The notes under the pieces were generated by a model. The model was not told the origin of the DNA and did not search any database. It saw only the letters and a list, made by a program, of their open reading frames with translations. A stretch of DNA of 64,000 nt from Paramoeba atlantica (Eukaryota; Protista; Discosea): contig CDRNVI010000225.1 in assembly GCA_977017575.1 (NCBI GenBank), positions 9,429 to 73,428 on the forward strand, in the 5' to 3' direction. This document shows, piece by piece, positions 23,686-36,158 of the stretch. A program made the translations under genes and the position numbers. Position 1 is the first letter of the stretch. Every line of letters starts with the position of its first letter.

Positions 23686-26600
23686 ATGATGAGGATTCGG
23701 GGGCTGCTGGGAGGGAGAAGTTTTATCTTCCTTTTGTTGTTGTTGTTGTTCGTGGATCTTTCTGCCCAACAACTTCTCCCTCAATTTTTGGTTCTTGGTT
23801 TGAATCCAACAACACGACCCAATGGTGATGTTGAATTTGTTGGTTTGTACAACGCTTTGATTTTTGAATTTTGAAAAGGGACAATAATCTTTCTCTTTCT
23901 CTCCTCTAACTCCCCTCTCTTGATTTTCTTTCTTTTCTTTCTTTCCTCCACAAAACACAAAATAGGAAGAACACGACTTCTCGGGTTTCTTGCAGGCGTT
24001 GCAGACATCAACTCTGACCCCTCCTTCCCTTTCATCTTGGAAGACGAAAACTTTGACAACCAAAGAGACATTGAGGTCACGGTCGCAGGTGCACTCGCAC
24101 GAGTGAACAGAACCATTGGGTTTTGTGGACCACAGCGATCATCGGTCACCCTTCAACTGCACCCTCGAGTGGCTCTTCCTTTCAGGATACCAATTGTTTC
24201 TCCAGCATCGACATCTCTTACGTTGTCACCTGCTAGTGATTTCCCTTATTTTTTGAGAGCTTTTCCTTCCAGTGCTGTTGTTGCCGCTTCGATCGCATCG
24301 CTGATTGAGTTTCACTCAGAAGTTGGGGAAACTGTCTCGCTCTTGACCCGAACGTTCGTTTCTTTTTTTTCTTTTTTTTTTTAGAGTCTCTTTAAACTTC
24401 TTCAAAATTTATTTTTTTCTCTGAGTTCTGTGTTTTCTTCTCTTCTCTTCTCTCCTCTCCTCTTCTCTTCTCTGTTTTCTTCTCTTCTCACCACAATAAG
24501 CAGCCCTGATGCCGCAGCAGAAGATTATCGAAGATCACTTCTGAAATTTGCAGAAGAAAGTTCAGTCTGGTCCATCACACAAGACATCCAATTTGACATC
24601 GCACTCAGCGATGCTGAGCTTAATGGGATACTTGACCAACTCATTTCTGTTGGCAATCGAGTGTTCATCGTAATCTGTCTGGATGCAGGGGTTACTGCTC
24701 GCTATTTCAAATTTGGGTATCAGAAAGGGATTGCTGGGATCGCTGGTTATCAGTGGATTTTCGATTCAGTGGCAGCCGGAGACTCTTCTTTTGTTGTTGG
24801 AGGTTTGAGTTCCTTTTTTTAAGTCTCCCCCCCCCCCCTACATCCTTTCTCTCTTTCTCTTCTCACCAGAACAACACAACACAACACAACACAACACAAC
24901 ACAGGTGTTCGCGATCCTGAAGCTGTTCTTGGATGGGAGGGAGGTGTTTCTGTGACTCCTTCTGATGGACAGGTTTTTTCAAGAAATGCTTTTTTCCTGG
25001 ATTATTCTTTTTTGGTTGTTTTTTTGTTGTTGTTCTTCTTCTTTCTCCCCATGGTGAAATGTTTCTTTTTGTTTTTTTGTTTTTTTGAGGAATGTGCTGC
25101 TAAAAGAAAGTGAGAATAGGGAGAGATCTATGACCAGTTTCGGGCCAGTTACGAACGAGAGAGACAACTCCAGGTTTTTGAAGATATTTTTTTTGCAATC
25201 TCTCTTTTGGTGCAACCAATGATTTACTTCTTTTTTTGAAAAAACACAACTCCTCACCACAAAGTTAATAACAGGAAGAGATTGAGACTTTTCTGGAGGT
25301 TCCTGATCCGAAAGCAGCCTTTATTTATGATATTATGTTTATGTACGCTCACGCAATCAGACAAATGTTGTTGGAAGGGAAAGACCCTGCAGATGGCACT
25401 CTCATCGATTATCTTCGAGAAGTTATTTTTTTCTCTCTCTCTCTTTCTCTCTCTTTCTTCCAAGTTGTGTGCCATGTTTTTATGTTCGACACAATGCAAG
25501 CAAATTTTTTGACTGATTTTTTTCAGGTTTCTTTTCCTGGTGCAACAGGAACCCTGGCATTTAATCCAGGATTTAATGATCGAGGTTTTTGAACAATTTT
25601 ATGCGAAATCTTCCTTCCTTTTTTTTTCTTTCTGCACACCCACACTGACTTGCACATTGCACAGCTGGAATCACCCCAATTGAAGTAATTCTGAGTGTTC
25701 AAGGTGAAAGATTTCTCAGAGGTTCTATTTCTGGACCTGAAGTTGAATCAAACTTTATTTGGAAAGGACAGTCAGTTTATCATATTGGCTCTTTGTTGTC
25801 TTTATCTGAACCTGCAGGTTATTTCTTTCTTCTTCCTTCTTCTTTTTCTCTCTTCCTTCTCTTTCATCAAGCATTTTTCCTTCTTCCTTCTCTTTCTTCC
25901 TTCTCTTTGTTCCTTCTCCACACACACGCATACAGGAAGATCCAGGTGGTTGGCCCTCCAAGCTTGCATCAATGATCACAACAACGACAACTGGGCAGTG
26001 GTTGGGACATTCCGTTTATCCCTCGTAAATGAAGACACAAATAACGATCCAGACACTGCAGTAGCAGGAGCACAATCTCTTCTCCAATCTCCCAAAGTTG
26101 GGTTTATAGGGACAGAAACCCCTGAAGTCACAGAAGCAGTTCACAACAGAGTTGCAGCACCAAACAAAATTCCGCTGCTCTCAGGTGTCACGTCAGCAAT
26201 GGAATTTCAATCCGCAAATAATTATCCCTACTTTCTCCGAACATATCCCTCCGCTTTCTTTGTGGCATCTGGGGTTGTCACTCTCCTCAACAACAATGCT
26301 GGAGATGGGTTGGTCGCTATGCTCTATCGCGAGGACAATCCCCTGTCTGTCGCTCTACATGACGCCTTCATTTCACTCTCATCAGGGGCTGATTGGGTGG
26401 TTGATGCGCAGTATGGAGTGGCTATGGACCACACTAATTTCGAGGACATTCTTCTTGATCTCCAGAAGAGAACAATCAAGATTGTTGTTGTGTTTTTGAT
26501 GGAACCTGAGTCTGTTGCTCATTTGTTTTCACAAGCTTTTGAGGTGGAAATGGCTGGTGATGGTTCTGGATATCAATGGATTGTTGATGATGTCTCTGTG

Positions 26601-29103
26601 AGTTTGGATTCTTATCGGGTGACTATTATTCACAATTTTTTTTTCCTTTTCTTCCTTTTTTTTTTCATTTTTTTTTTTGTTTTCTTTTTAAATTTCTTCC
26701 TCTCTTAGATCGATGGTGTGATCAGCAGCTCAGCAGTACAAGGGTGGAGAAGTGGTGTTGGGTTTTTGGCAAGCAGGTAAAAATATCAATTGGAAGAGGG
26801 AGCCCAGAGAGAGATGGAGGATATTATTTTTTTGATTTGTTGAATTCCTTTTTTTTACAAATAGTGTTGAAGGTCCTATTACCAATCGCTTTCTGAGGAG
26901 TTATGATAGGGAACTTGAAGCTCAGGTTTTGTTTCATTGAGAAAAGAGAGGGAGAAGGAGGAGAGGAGAGGAGAGGAGAGGAGAGGAGAGGAGAGGAGTG
27001 AGGGGAGAGGAGCGAAGGGGAGGAGTGAAGAGGAGGAGTGAAGAGGGGAGAAAGGAAAGGGAAAGAGAAGGTGGAGAGGGAGGGAATAATAATTGAATCA
27101 ATTTTCACAAAAAAACCTGTTTTTAGGAGGATCCCTCCCTTTTCCCAGAGATTCCAGACAACACAGCAGCCTTTCACTATGACATGTGTGGAGTTTATGT
27201 GAACGCTCTTTCTGAAGTGATCAAAGAAGGAGGAGATGTTTTTGATGGCGACCTTTTGATGTCAAAACTGAGGCTTGTCATGGATACAGAAGGTGCATCT
27301 GGGAGGATCAGTTTTGATCAAAATGATCGAGTAGGCACTTTTAGTTATCAACTCCTCCAAGGGAATGGTTTTGGTTCTTTTCAGCCAGTGGGTGTTTGGG
27401 ATGGGGAGACATTGAGAGAGGAGGGTTTCTTGTGGGCTGTTGTGAATCAACAATTCTTCACACTTGGCTCCCTTCTTTCTGAAGGAACTGTGACAGGTTT
27501 TTTTTCCTTCTTCTTTGTTTGGGAAGGGAGGATTCGAAAGAAAAGAAAGAAAGAAAAGAAGACAAATTAAGATCTCAATGATTCCCATTCTTCTCTGACC
27601 CACTTTCTTTCTCTCTCCCATCCTATTCCAGGTCGCTCAGCACTTCTCTCCATCAGAGCAGCGATCAATGACATCAACAAGGACAGTCCTGTGGCGTTCT
27701 CCCTCCTGCAGAGAGATACACACAACAAAGCTAACTCAGAAATCATTAATTCAGCACTTGAACTGGTGGAAGAACAAGGAGTGATTGGACTTCTTGGAGT
27801 AGAGAGCTCCTCTCTGGCAATAGCGATTCACACTGAAGTTGGGGAAGTGCACAGTGTGCCACTGTTCTCTGCTGCAGCAGTGGCAGCTTCAATAAGAAGT
27901 TCCACCGATTTTCCGTTTTTTTTGAGGGACTATCCTTCCACCTCCCCGGAGTCAATGGCCATAGCTGCTCTGTTGGAGAAATACGTCTCCAAGGAGAATG
28001 TTTGTGTTTTGTATCGACCTGATGAATTGAATTCAGTTAGTTTGAAGGAGTTGGTGGAGGCGAAGAGTGCAGGGTCCAAATGGGAGATTAATAGTGAAAT
28101 TTCTGTGAGAAATCAGGATGATTTTACCAATGTTTTCAAAATGATTGAAGAGAATGATTGTAAAGTTGTTTTGTCTTTTCTTTTTGATGATGAAATGACT
28201 TGGAAGATTCTTGGCCATGCATATTCTGCGAATTTGGCTGGGAGTGGTTCTCTTATTCAGTGGGTTGTTGACAATGCTGCTTTTTCATCTGCTTTGATTC
28301 AGGTGAGAAAGTGGAAGATGAGAGAGACAGAGAGATGAGGATGAGGATGAGATAAGAGAGAGAGAGAGGAGAGATTTAAATACTAACTTTAAATTGAGGG
28401 GAGCGAAGCTGAAAGATCTGGATGGGAAGGTGCTTCAGGTTTCATTGCAAACCGGTAAGTCTGAATCTCTCTTTTTCTCTTCTCTCCTCTCTCTCCTCTC
28501 TCCTCTCTCCTCTCCTCTCCCTTTCTTTGATTTGAAAAAAAAATTACAGGGGAAAAGGGGAAGAAAACGACCAATTCCTTTTAAGTTACGCTCGTGAAAG
28601 ATCTGACCAGGTTTTTTTTTTAAAATCGCTCTGTCCTCAAACAAATACAAATCTTTTACATTTTTAACCTCATGTTGTGTTGCTTCCGTTTTCAGAACCC
28701 AGATCTCTACCCAGAGGTCCCAGAGCCAAAAGCATCATACTACTATGATTTAGTGTATGTTTATCTCAGTGCTGTGAAGGCAGTCCTTGATGCTGGTGGA
28801 GATCCTCACGATGGTGTGGTTCTCATGTCTGCAATGAGGGAAGTCAATCAACTCAAAGGTGCGACTGGTGAACTCTCTTTTGACGAAAATGATCGAGCGC
28901 AGGATGTTTTTCTGGATTTTGTTGGAGGAAAACCAAATGGAGAATACCAACTGCAAGGGAGCTACTCACAAACTACTGATTTCTCAGAAAATGGTGTCTT
29001 TAGCTGGTCGAGTACGACTTCATCTTCCGCTTCTCAGATTCGTGGACCACCCCTCCTCATTGTCGTCGCCTCACTTTTTTTGACAAAATTATTTTATTTT
29101 TAA
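23686..29103 (+). CDS. Secreted, predicted GPI-anchored protein with three tandem ANF-receptor/Venus-flytrap (type I periplasmic-binding) domains
   Basis: Signal peptide MMRIRGLLGG...VDLSA. Three repeats of AxINDxN ... IPxxS..S....L....YPxFLRxYPS ... YQWI ... YD.VY ... GATGxxxFDxNDR at ~23965-25590, ~25800-27420 and ~27440-29010. C-terminus SSSASQIRGPPLLIVVASLFLTKLFYF*. No 7TM. Confidence 0.85.
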
Positions 29104-29299
29104 CTCTTTTTTTGTAAATAACTTTCTCTTCAAAAATAGTTCTTTTTTTTTTTTGAGACCACAAATAAGAAAAAAAAATCAGTTTGAAGAAAGTCTTTTT
29201 TTATTTTCCATTCTCAATCCTCATAAAAAACACATATGTTCATATTTTTGAACAAAGCAAAGAAAACTCATCAAGAAAAAACCAAAGGAGGTGAAAAAA

Positions 29300-31130
29300 G
29301 ATTGAAGTGGAATTTAAAATCAAAATTGAATGGAAAGACCTTTTATCCTTTGTTTCTTTGGATAGTGAGTCATGGCCAAAATTGGTTTTAAGAAAAGAAA
29401 GATTTTTGAATATTTTTCTTCCTTTTTTCTCAATTTTTCCTTTTCCAAACAACAATATCTGTCTCGCGACATTCCCCCTCCAGTTTTCCAATGAAAAGAA
29501 TCAAGATGACCACAGATTTCTCTCTTCTTCACAGTTATCCACTTCTCAAGAGGCGGCTCTTTCTCAGCCACTTGTTGTTGATGGAGAGTTAACAAGGGAA
29601 AAGGTTTTCTCGTATTTGAAGATGTCTGAAGAAGGTCTCAGATGTGAGGAGAGAGAGATTGTGAGAGAGATTGACTTGTACCAAGGCAACCATTGGTGGG
29701 GTGAAACTTTTGGAATGTAATTGTGTCGTTGTCATTTCTGTGTTTCGAGAATACAAACCAAGAAAAATGACTCAATGAAGAAATTTTGTGATAATGTGTT
29801 GACACAAAACCAAAAGATGATGCAAGTGAGGTGGTGAAGGAGGCATTCAGAATGTTTGATGAATTCAAAGGCAGTGTCTTTGTCATGGATCGATTCGGTG
29901 TTCTAAATCACTGAGAGAAAGAGAGGAGGGTACAATCAGAAAAAAGAGAAGAGGGAAAAAGAGAAAGAAGAAGAAAATTGACACAAACCGCAAATGATTT
30001 TTCTTTCAACTTGTTTCTCACTTTCTCTTCTTCTTCTTCTTCTTCTCTTCTTCTTCTTCATTTCAAACTCACATCTTCAAGTCCTTTTATCTGGGTTTTT
30101 GAATCTCTCTCTCTCTTTCTCTTCTTTCTCTTCTTTCTCTTCCTTCAATTTATCGTCAAGCATTTGTTGTTCTTCACCTCCCCTGGTCTTCGACGTCATC
30201 CCTTCTCTCTTCTCTTTCTCTTTCTCTCTTTCTGTAAAAAGGTCTTTCTGTTGAAGAAAAAAAAGAGAAAGAGAAAATCAAATCAAGAAAATTAAAGAGC
30301 TTGTGTTGCCTTGAGCACAATTTAATTTGGACCCTAATCTTGCCAACTTTTTTTATTTTTTTTTGTGTTTTCTCTCTCTCGTGTCTCTCTTTTTTGTGTT
30401 CTCTCTTTGATCTTTGAAAGAAAAAGTGATGTTCTGGGAAAGAGAGAGAGGTTACTACCTCGTTGTGGTCTTTCTTTTTGTTCTCTTTGTCTCAACAAAC
30501 TCTTTCTTCTCTTCAGTATTGTAGAAGAAAGAGTTTGTTAAGAACAAGGAGAAAGAGAAGGAAAACGGTACAGCCAGCAGTCACTGCGACTTTGAAGCAA
30601 CTTCTCAACAAGAAAAAAGGTTTGTTTTTTTTTCCTTGGAAGGTTTTTGATTCTTAACTCATGGATTGAACAGATGACGAAACCAGTCTCAAAACCGGTG
30701 ATCTCGATCGAGAAAGGGGACTCCTCCAGTTTTCTGACGAAGACGATTATGTTTAAACAGGATGTGTTCAAATCGATTCCTTGCTGAGATGTTACAATCC
30801 CCAAACAAATCCTCATCGTGAAGTAATAAGGACGATTTGTGATGCATATCCTTGTTTCTCTTCCTTGGTGGGGAAGACTCCTCATCTCATCCGAAAAAGA
30901 GCTCAAGTACGTCCTGATCAGGATTCCTACCTGTTCCCCTCGAAGACTGGGTGTTCCGACGATTGGACGAGTCAGAACTCTTCTTTCTTTTCTTTTGGCG
31001 AGTGGAAACCTCCTCTCTTGGAGGGCAGAGGTGTCTGAGTCGTTCGATCCTCGGTATCAGAGAGAGGAGTTTCGGTACCGCTCCATTTGACCTCCTACGA
31101 TTTCCATTTCTTGTCGGAGGGTTTTCAGTC
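29300..31130 (-). other. Unresolved, possibly degenerate multi-exon gene with an acidic coiled-coil exon
   Basis: Open frame of ~160 codons at ~30640-31130. Spliceable exons near 30470 and 29989-30250. In-frame stops or frameshifts prevent a clean model. Confidence 0.3.
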
Positions 31131-31563
31131 TGAGCAGTAGATACAGTTTTGTTCGAGTTTTTATCAGCTTACAAATGGAGAGGAACCAAAGAAGAAGAAG
31201 AGAGGGAAAAAAGCAAAGAAAAGAGCGCAAAGAACACAGGAGTGAGTGTTTGAGAAAGATGGATGACTTCGTGGGATTGTTGTTTTGATTTATTTGGATC
31301 AGTGATTGTTTCAGATTATGAGAAAAAGTCTATTGAATTTTGGAACTCATTTTTGAAAGAGAGGGTTTGAATTTTAATATTCTCTTTTTTTTTGATGATT
31401 TTTTTGATTTTTGTTTCTCTTCCTCTCTTTTCTTTTCTTTCTTTTACTTTCTTTTTCTTTCTTTTTCTCTTTTTTTATTTTCTTATGATTGGTTTCTTTC
31501 CAGAAATATCCTGAAACTGCAGTTTTTCAGTTCTGGACTGGTTCTTCCTTTGTTAAATTAAAT

Positions 31564-31926
31564 TTATTGTTTCGCACGTTTTATGGAAACAAAACAAGTT
31601 TGATCCTTCTTTCGGAAATATTTCTGACGATAACGTAAACAATAAACTCCTCCTTTCCGAACAAGAGCCCAATGGCCAAGCCGCCTCTTGAAGTAAATCC
31701 CCAATTCCTTCTCTCCTTCTCTCTCTTGGCTGTTTTCAAGCGACCATCTCCCTTTCGCTGTCCCTTCGAAAAATTCATAAAATTTTAGTGTACCATCACA
31801 AAGAAATTTGAGAGAGGTCTTTTGAGCATCAGAACGGATCCAGTGACCCACCACTGTTTCTTTGGAAAGAAGATGAGAGCATTCTACTTCTTCTTCTTCT
31901 TCTTCAAGGGGAAGAGACGAAGCCAT
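31564..31926 (-). CDS. Hypothetical 120-aa protein
   Basis: MASSLPLEEEEEEVECSHLLSKETVVGHWIRSD...; complex sequence in a single exon; no family recognised. Confidence 0.55.
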   Translation of the reverse strand: MASSLPLEEEEEEVECSHLLSKETVVGHWIRSDAQKTSLKFLCDGTLKFYEFFEGTAKGRWSLENSQEREGEKELGIYFKRRLGHWALVRKGGVYCLRYRQKYFRKKDQTCFVSIKRAKQ

Positions 31927-32276
31927 ATTCCTTTTCCTCCAAATACAACAAACTAAAAAAAAATAAAAAAAGCAAAAAGCAAAAGAAAACCAGAAAAGGG
32001 AAATTCGCAAGAAAATGGGACCAATTGGATTGGACCAATAAACAATTTCACCGCAAAAAATGTTGTCCGCGTTTTTTTGCGTGACGTTTTGAGCATTCCG
32101 AGAAAACTCAATCTTAAGGCGGCTTTTTGTCTCGAGTTTTTTCGCCACGGGACTCCGAAGAGAGAAAGGGACAAATTCCCTTTTTTCGAGAAAGATAAAG
32201 AGACAAATAAATTTTTCTTGTTGAAATTGGAACTGAATTTAGTTCTTCTTGTTGGTTGTTAGAGCAGAAGAGAATT

Positions 32277-32862
32277 TTATTGGAAAAGGAGAACAAGAAC
32301 AGAAACGATCATCAATCCCCAAGCACCAACCAACTGAGAGGCAGGACTGGTTGTTTCAAAATCAAGTGAAAAAACCCAGTTTGTTCCGGTCGAAAAGTCA
32401 CCATCTGAGGTCACATTTCCTTGACCGTGGGCATTTTCAAATTCTCCTGTTCCTCCGACCACTGTCCAAAGAAAATAATAAATGAGTTTTTAAAAAAAAA
32501 TCAATAAAAAAGTGTGAAAAAAAGAGAGACAAACCTGCAATTTGAGCAACTTGACCTGGATCATTCCAGATAACACCAGCAAGGTTAATTTGGTTGAGGT
32601 TATCAGGATAATTGACGGTCCAATGGCAACTCCATTTATCCAAAAAGTTCAAAATGAAACAGATGCCAGCATGTTCACCAACCTTCTCTCCCCCAACTGC
32701 CTCAAAGAGTTCGTTTTCAAAAACGTCGTAAGTGCCAACAACATTGTCCGTCTCTCCATTTGGGTGAATAAAGGTATCGGTTGTTGCGATTTCGACGTAG
32801 CGAATCTCAATTGCAGCGCAAAGAGAAAGAAAAAGACCAAAAAAAATCAGAGCACCCTTCAT
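32277..32862 (-). CDS. Secreted, predicted GPI-anchored dirigent/allene-oxide-cyclase-barrel-like protein (exons 32535-32862 and 32277-32461)
   Basis: Signal peptide MKGALIFFGLFLSLCAA; VGEHAGICF; spliced QIAVVGGTGEFENAHG motif; hydrophobic C-tail SPASQLVGAWGLMIVSVLVLLFQ*. Confidence 0.72.
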
Positions 32863-33099
32863 TGTTCGAACCTTTTTTTTTTTTTTTACCGAGAAGAGCG
32901 AATCGTAACAAAAGAAAAATCCGCGTAAAAAAAAAGCGGTGAGATTTCTATTTTTTTTTGACCCCCGAAAAATCATCTTCAAAAAGACTCCCCCCGAAGA
33001 CTCCCGAGGGAGTAAAATTGTTTTGGTGTTTTCTGATAGGTCATTTCACTCTTCTTCTCTTTCTCGATCTTTTTTTGTCTTTTTCTTTCCTGTCTTCCA

Positions 33100-36000
33100 A
33101 TGTCAGAGGATGATATCTTTGATACCAAAGTGGAGACCATGTTGTCTGAACCACAAAAGGTCCCCCTCTTTTTGAAAGCCCTCCATGAGCTCGAAGCAAA
33201 GTTAGAACCCAAAGCTCAATCGGGTCGGTTGGAGGAAAAAGACTTTGAATCGATCTTTCATCTTGCTTCTTGTTTTTACTTTTTCTGTAATCCTCGCTCT
33301 GCAAGGCATTGGACTGATATTGCCTCTCAAGTTTATTGCACAGTGGCAATGTATCAACAAAGAAGTGGTCGAGGTGGTCTTGAAAATTTTAAGTTTGATT
33401 ATGACGAAGAGGAAGAGGAAGAGGGATTACCCATGGAGTTTTTTATGGAGGACATAGAGGACTTAAACAAACAATTGGATCTCATGGAGGATTCTACCTC
33501 TAAAGAAAATTCAAAGCCTCTCCGATTTGAAGTTGGTGAGCGGGTGTTGTGTAACGTTTCAGAAGGAGGGTGGAAACAAGCGATTGTCTCTTCACATTGG
33601 TATCGAGAATTGGGCTTTGAACCGTGGAAGGTTGCACCTTATCAATTCTTGTTATTGGAAGATTGTGGGTGTGAACATTACTGCCGATGTACGAATCGTT
33701 ATATCTACACTCTAACTGATACTGATGACCAAGTCCGCCCTGTGCTAAAAAAGATTCTTCCCAACCCTCTACCTCGTTCTTTCACTTCTGACTATACTGA
33801 CAATAGTTGTCCTCTTCGTCAATCTGACAAACAAAATCTGAAGAAATGTGCGACGTGCAATGTTGCTCAATATTGTTCTCGCTCATGCCAGGTTCTTTTT
33901 TTTTTTCAAGAATTATTGACCATCAACATTTTTCTCTTTCTCTCTTTCTTGAATTTTTTTTTTGCTTGCTCATTTTTCAAAATAAATCCCATTTACTTAT
34001 TGATTGTTATTTTAAAATTCAAGATAAGCCATTGGAGTCTTCATAAATTGGATTGTACAAAAACAAAACCTTCATCTTCGTCCTCTCCCTCTTCGTCCTC
34101 TTTGTCCTCTTCTTCATCTTCATCCTCTTCTTCGTCTTCGTCCTCTTCTTCTTCTTCACCCTCTTCCTCTTCTTCCTCCCCTTCTTCACTCTCTCTCTTC
34201 TCTTCACTTTTGGATATTGCAGCTCCGGGACTTAATCTCAGCAACACTTCTGATGAAGATGAAGAAGACATAACTAAAAAAGGAACTGAAACTTCTTTTG
34301 TAGTGGGATGCGAGGGAGGTGGGTCCATCCATATTTCTTCTCACACCCATTCCCCAGAGATGATGAAAGAGATGCAGTCCCTTCTCCGCAGCGGTGACAA
34401 CTCTCGTCATGACGATCAGAGCCCACCAACTTCTTCCTTGCATGGTAACTCACGGCAACAAATGTTGAGGCGTCTGAGAACTCAAGACCTGAACTTTGAT
34501 GTTGATTTGGAGCAGTTGGAGAAAGAGGCCAGCGATTTTTTTTCTAAGAAGCATTACACAACAGCTTTTCGACTTTATTCCATACTCTATGATTTATCGA
34601 TTATTCCTTCTTCATATGGAGCCAAGAGGTTGGAGCGCATCTCCCTCGCAAACATCCTCTACTCAAAATCTTTGTCTGTGTATTTGCAGAGCCAGTCTCA
34701 TCAGATCTTTGCCTCAGAGATCAATGATGCGCTTGATGATTGCTCCCTGATTCTCCATACTGGGTGTTTTGTCTTGAAAGAATTCTCAGAGACCTTTCTC
34801 TCTTCTCTTCGCACACTTGAACGCAAACTACAAGCAGCTTGTCCACTTCAGGTGTCCACTTCCAATCCTTCCAGTCAACGAAATCGAAATCGCAACCAAG
34901 AAACTCCTTCTTCAGAATGGATCCCTCCCAATCTGACCACTCCGCAGAGAGGAGGGAGAGGGAGAGGGAGAGGGAGAGGGAGAGGGAGAGGAGGAAGACG
35001 CAATCAAGGACAACAACAGCAGCAGCAATCTCAACAACAACAATCGCGATCCCACCCACAAAACAAAGGAAAATTCGACTTGATTTTGTGCTCTGACCTC
35101 TCTGATACAAAAGGAGCAAAAAATGCAGAGCATGATGATAGTGCTTGCCCTATTTGCTCAATTCTTTGGAAATCATTCCCTGAGAAATCGAACCAAGCAA
35201 TCGTTCTTCCTTGTGGTCATGCTACGTGTCTATCTTGTCTCTGTCGATTTTGGAAAGAGTGTGAAAAGGGGATGGAGGAGAGAGGACAGGGGACTGACAC
35301 ATATACTGGGACTGTTTTTGTGGAGTTTGCGTGTGCTTTGTGTCGTTGTGAAATCTTTGATAATACTGTGCCTAAAATTGCTGAATTGCTTGCAACACAA
35401 CCAAACGAGGAGTTTGCTCAATTGATCCAACACCTCAGTTTGAACAAAAAAGAAAAGAAAGCGTTTTTATCTGCAATGCTTGTGCATCACAACTTTGATT
35501 TCAATGCTGTTCTTGCCTCACTCTCGAAATATATCCAATTCTTTGGTCGTAATCTCCACACTGATCTTGGTTCAAACGAGAAAGAAGAAATCTATCAAAA
35601 AGCGCACGAACCTGTCAAAGTTCTCGAGGAAGAATACCAAAAGATCCGTAACCAACTTTTTTTTAAGGACTATTTTGATCCTGCTTTCAACTCTTTGAAG
35701 GAACAAATGAACAAGATCTGCGCGAAGATGGCAAAAGCACGAATTAGCGCTTCCAATACTATTTTTGAAAAGGTTTTTTTTGTTCAACTTTAATTTTTTT
35801 TTTACATTGTAATTTTTTTAACCCCCTGAATTCTTTTTTTCTTCTCCAGATCAATGCTTTTGGAAAGATGGGGATTGAAAAGGGGGAAAATGATGCGCTC
35901 TCAGTTGATTTCCATGGACAACACATCGCACATGCACAGCGACTCTTTAAAGAATATGTCGTTCCAATTCTTCCTTGTTTTCCAAGTGTGAACATCATCA

Positions 36001-36158
36001 CTGGTCGTGGGTTACATTCTTCGTCCAACTCTCGTGAAAAAAGTGAAAAAATCAGTTCTCCTCTCAAAGAAGCAATGATTAAATTTGTCAGAGAGTTGGG
36101 GTATCAGATCAAGGAAAGTGAAAATCCAGGAATTCTTATTGTCAGCAATCACAAGTAG
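33100..36158 (+). CDS. SH3-like + zf-MYND + TPR-like + RING + Smr-domain protein (introns 33892-34023 and 35773-35849)
   Basis: LRFEVGERVLC...WYRE...APYQ; CATCNVAQYCSRSCQ|ISHWSLHKLDC; LEKEASDFFSKKHYTTAFRLYS; CPIC...PCGHATCLSC...CALC; VDFHGQH...NIITGRGLHS. Confidence 0.85.

Noticed and set aside
29307-29720. 137-aa plus-strand ORF as a real gene
   Set aside because: It has a GTG start and no recognisable motif, and it overlaps the unresolved minus-strand locus.
32864-32872. Pol III B-box-like GTTCGAACC, possible tRNA
   Set aside because: No A-box or cloverleaf; it lies just upstream of a protein start codon.
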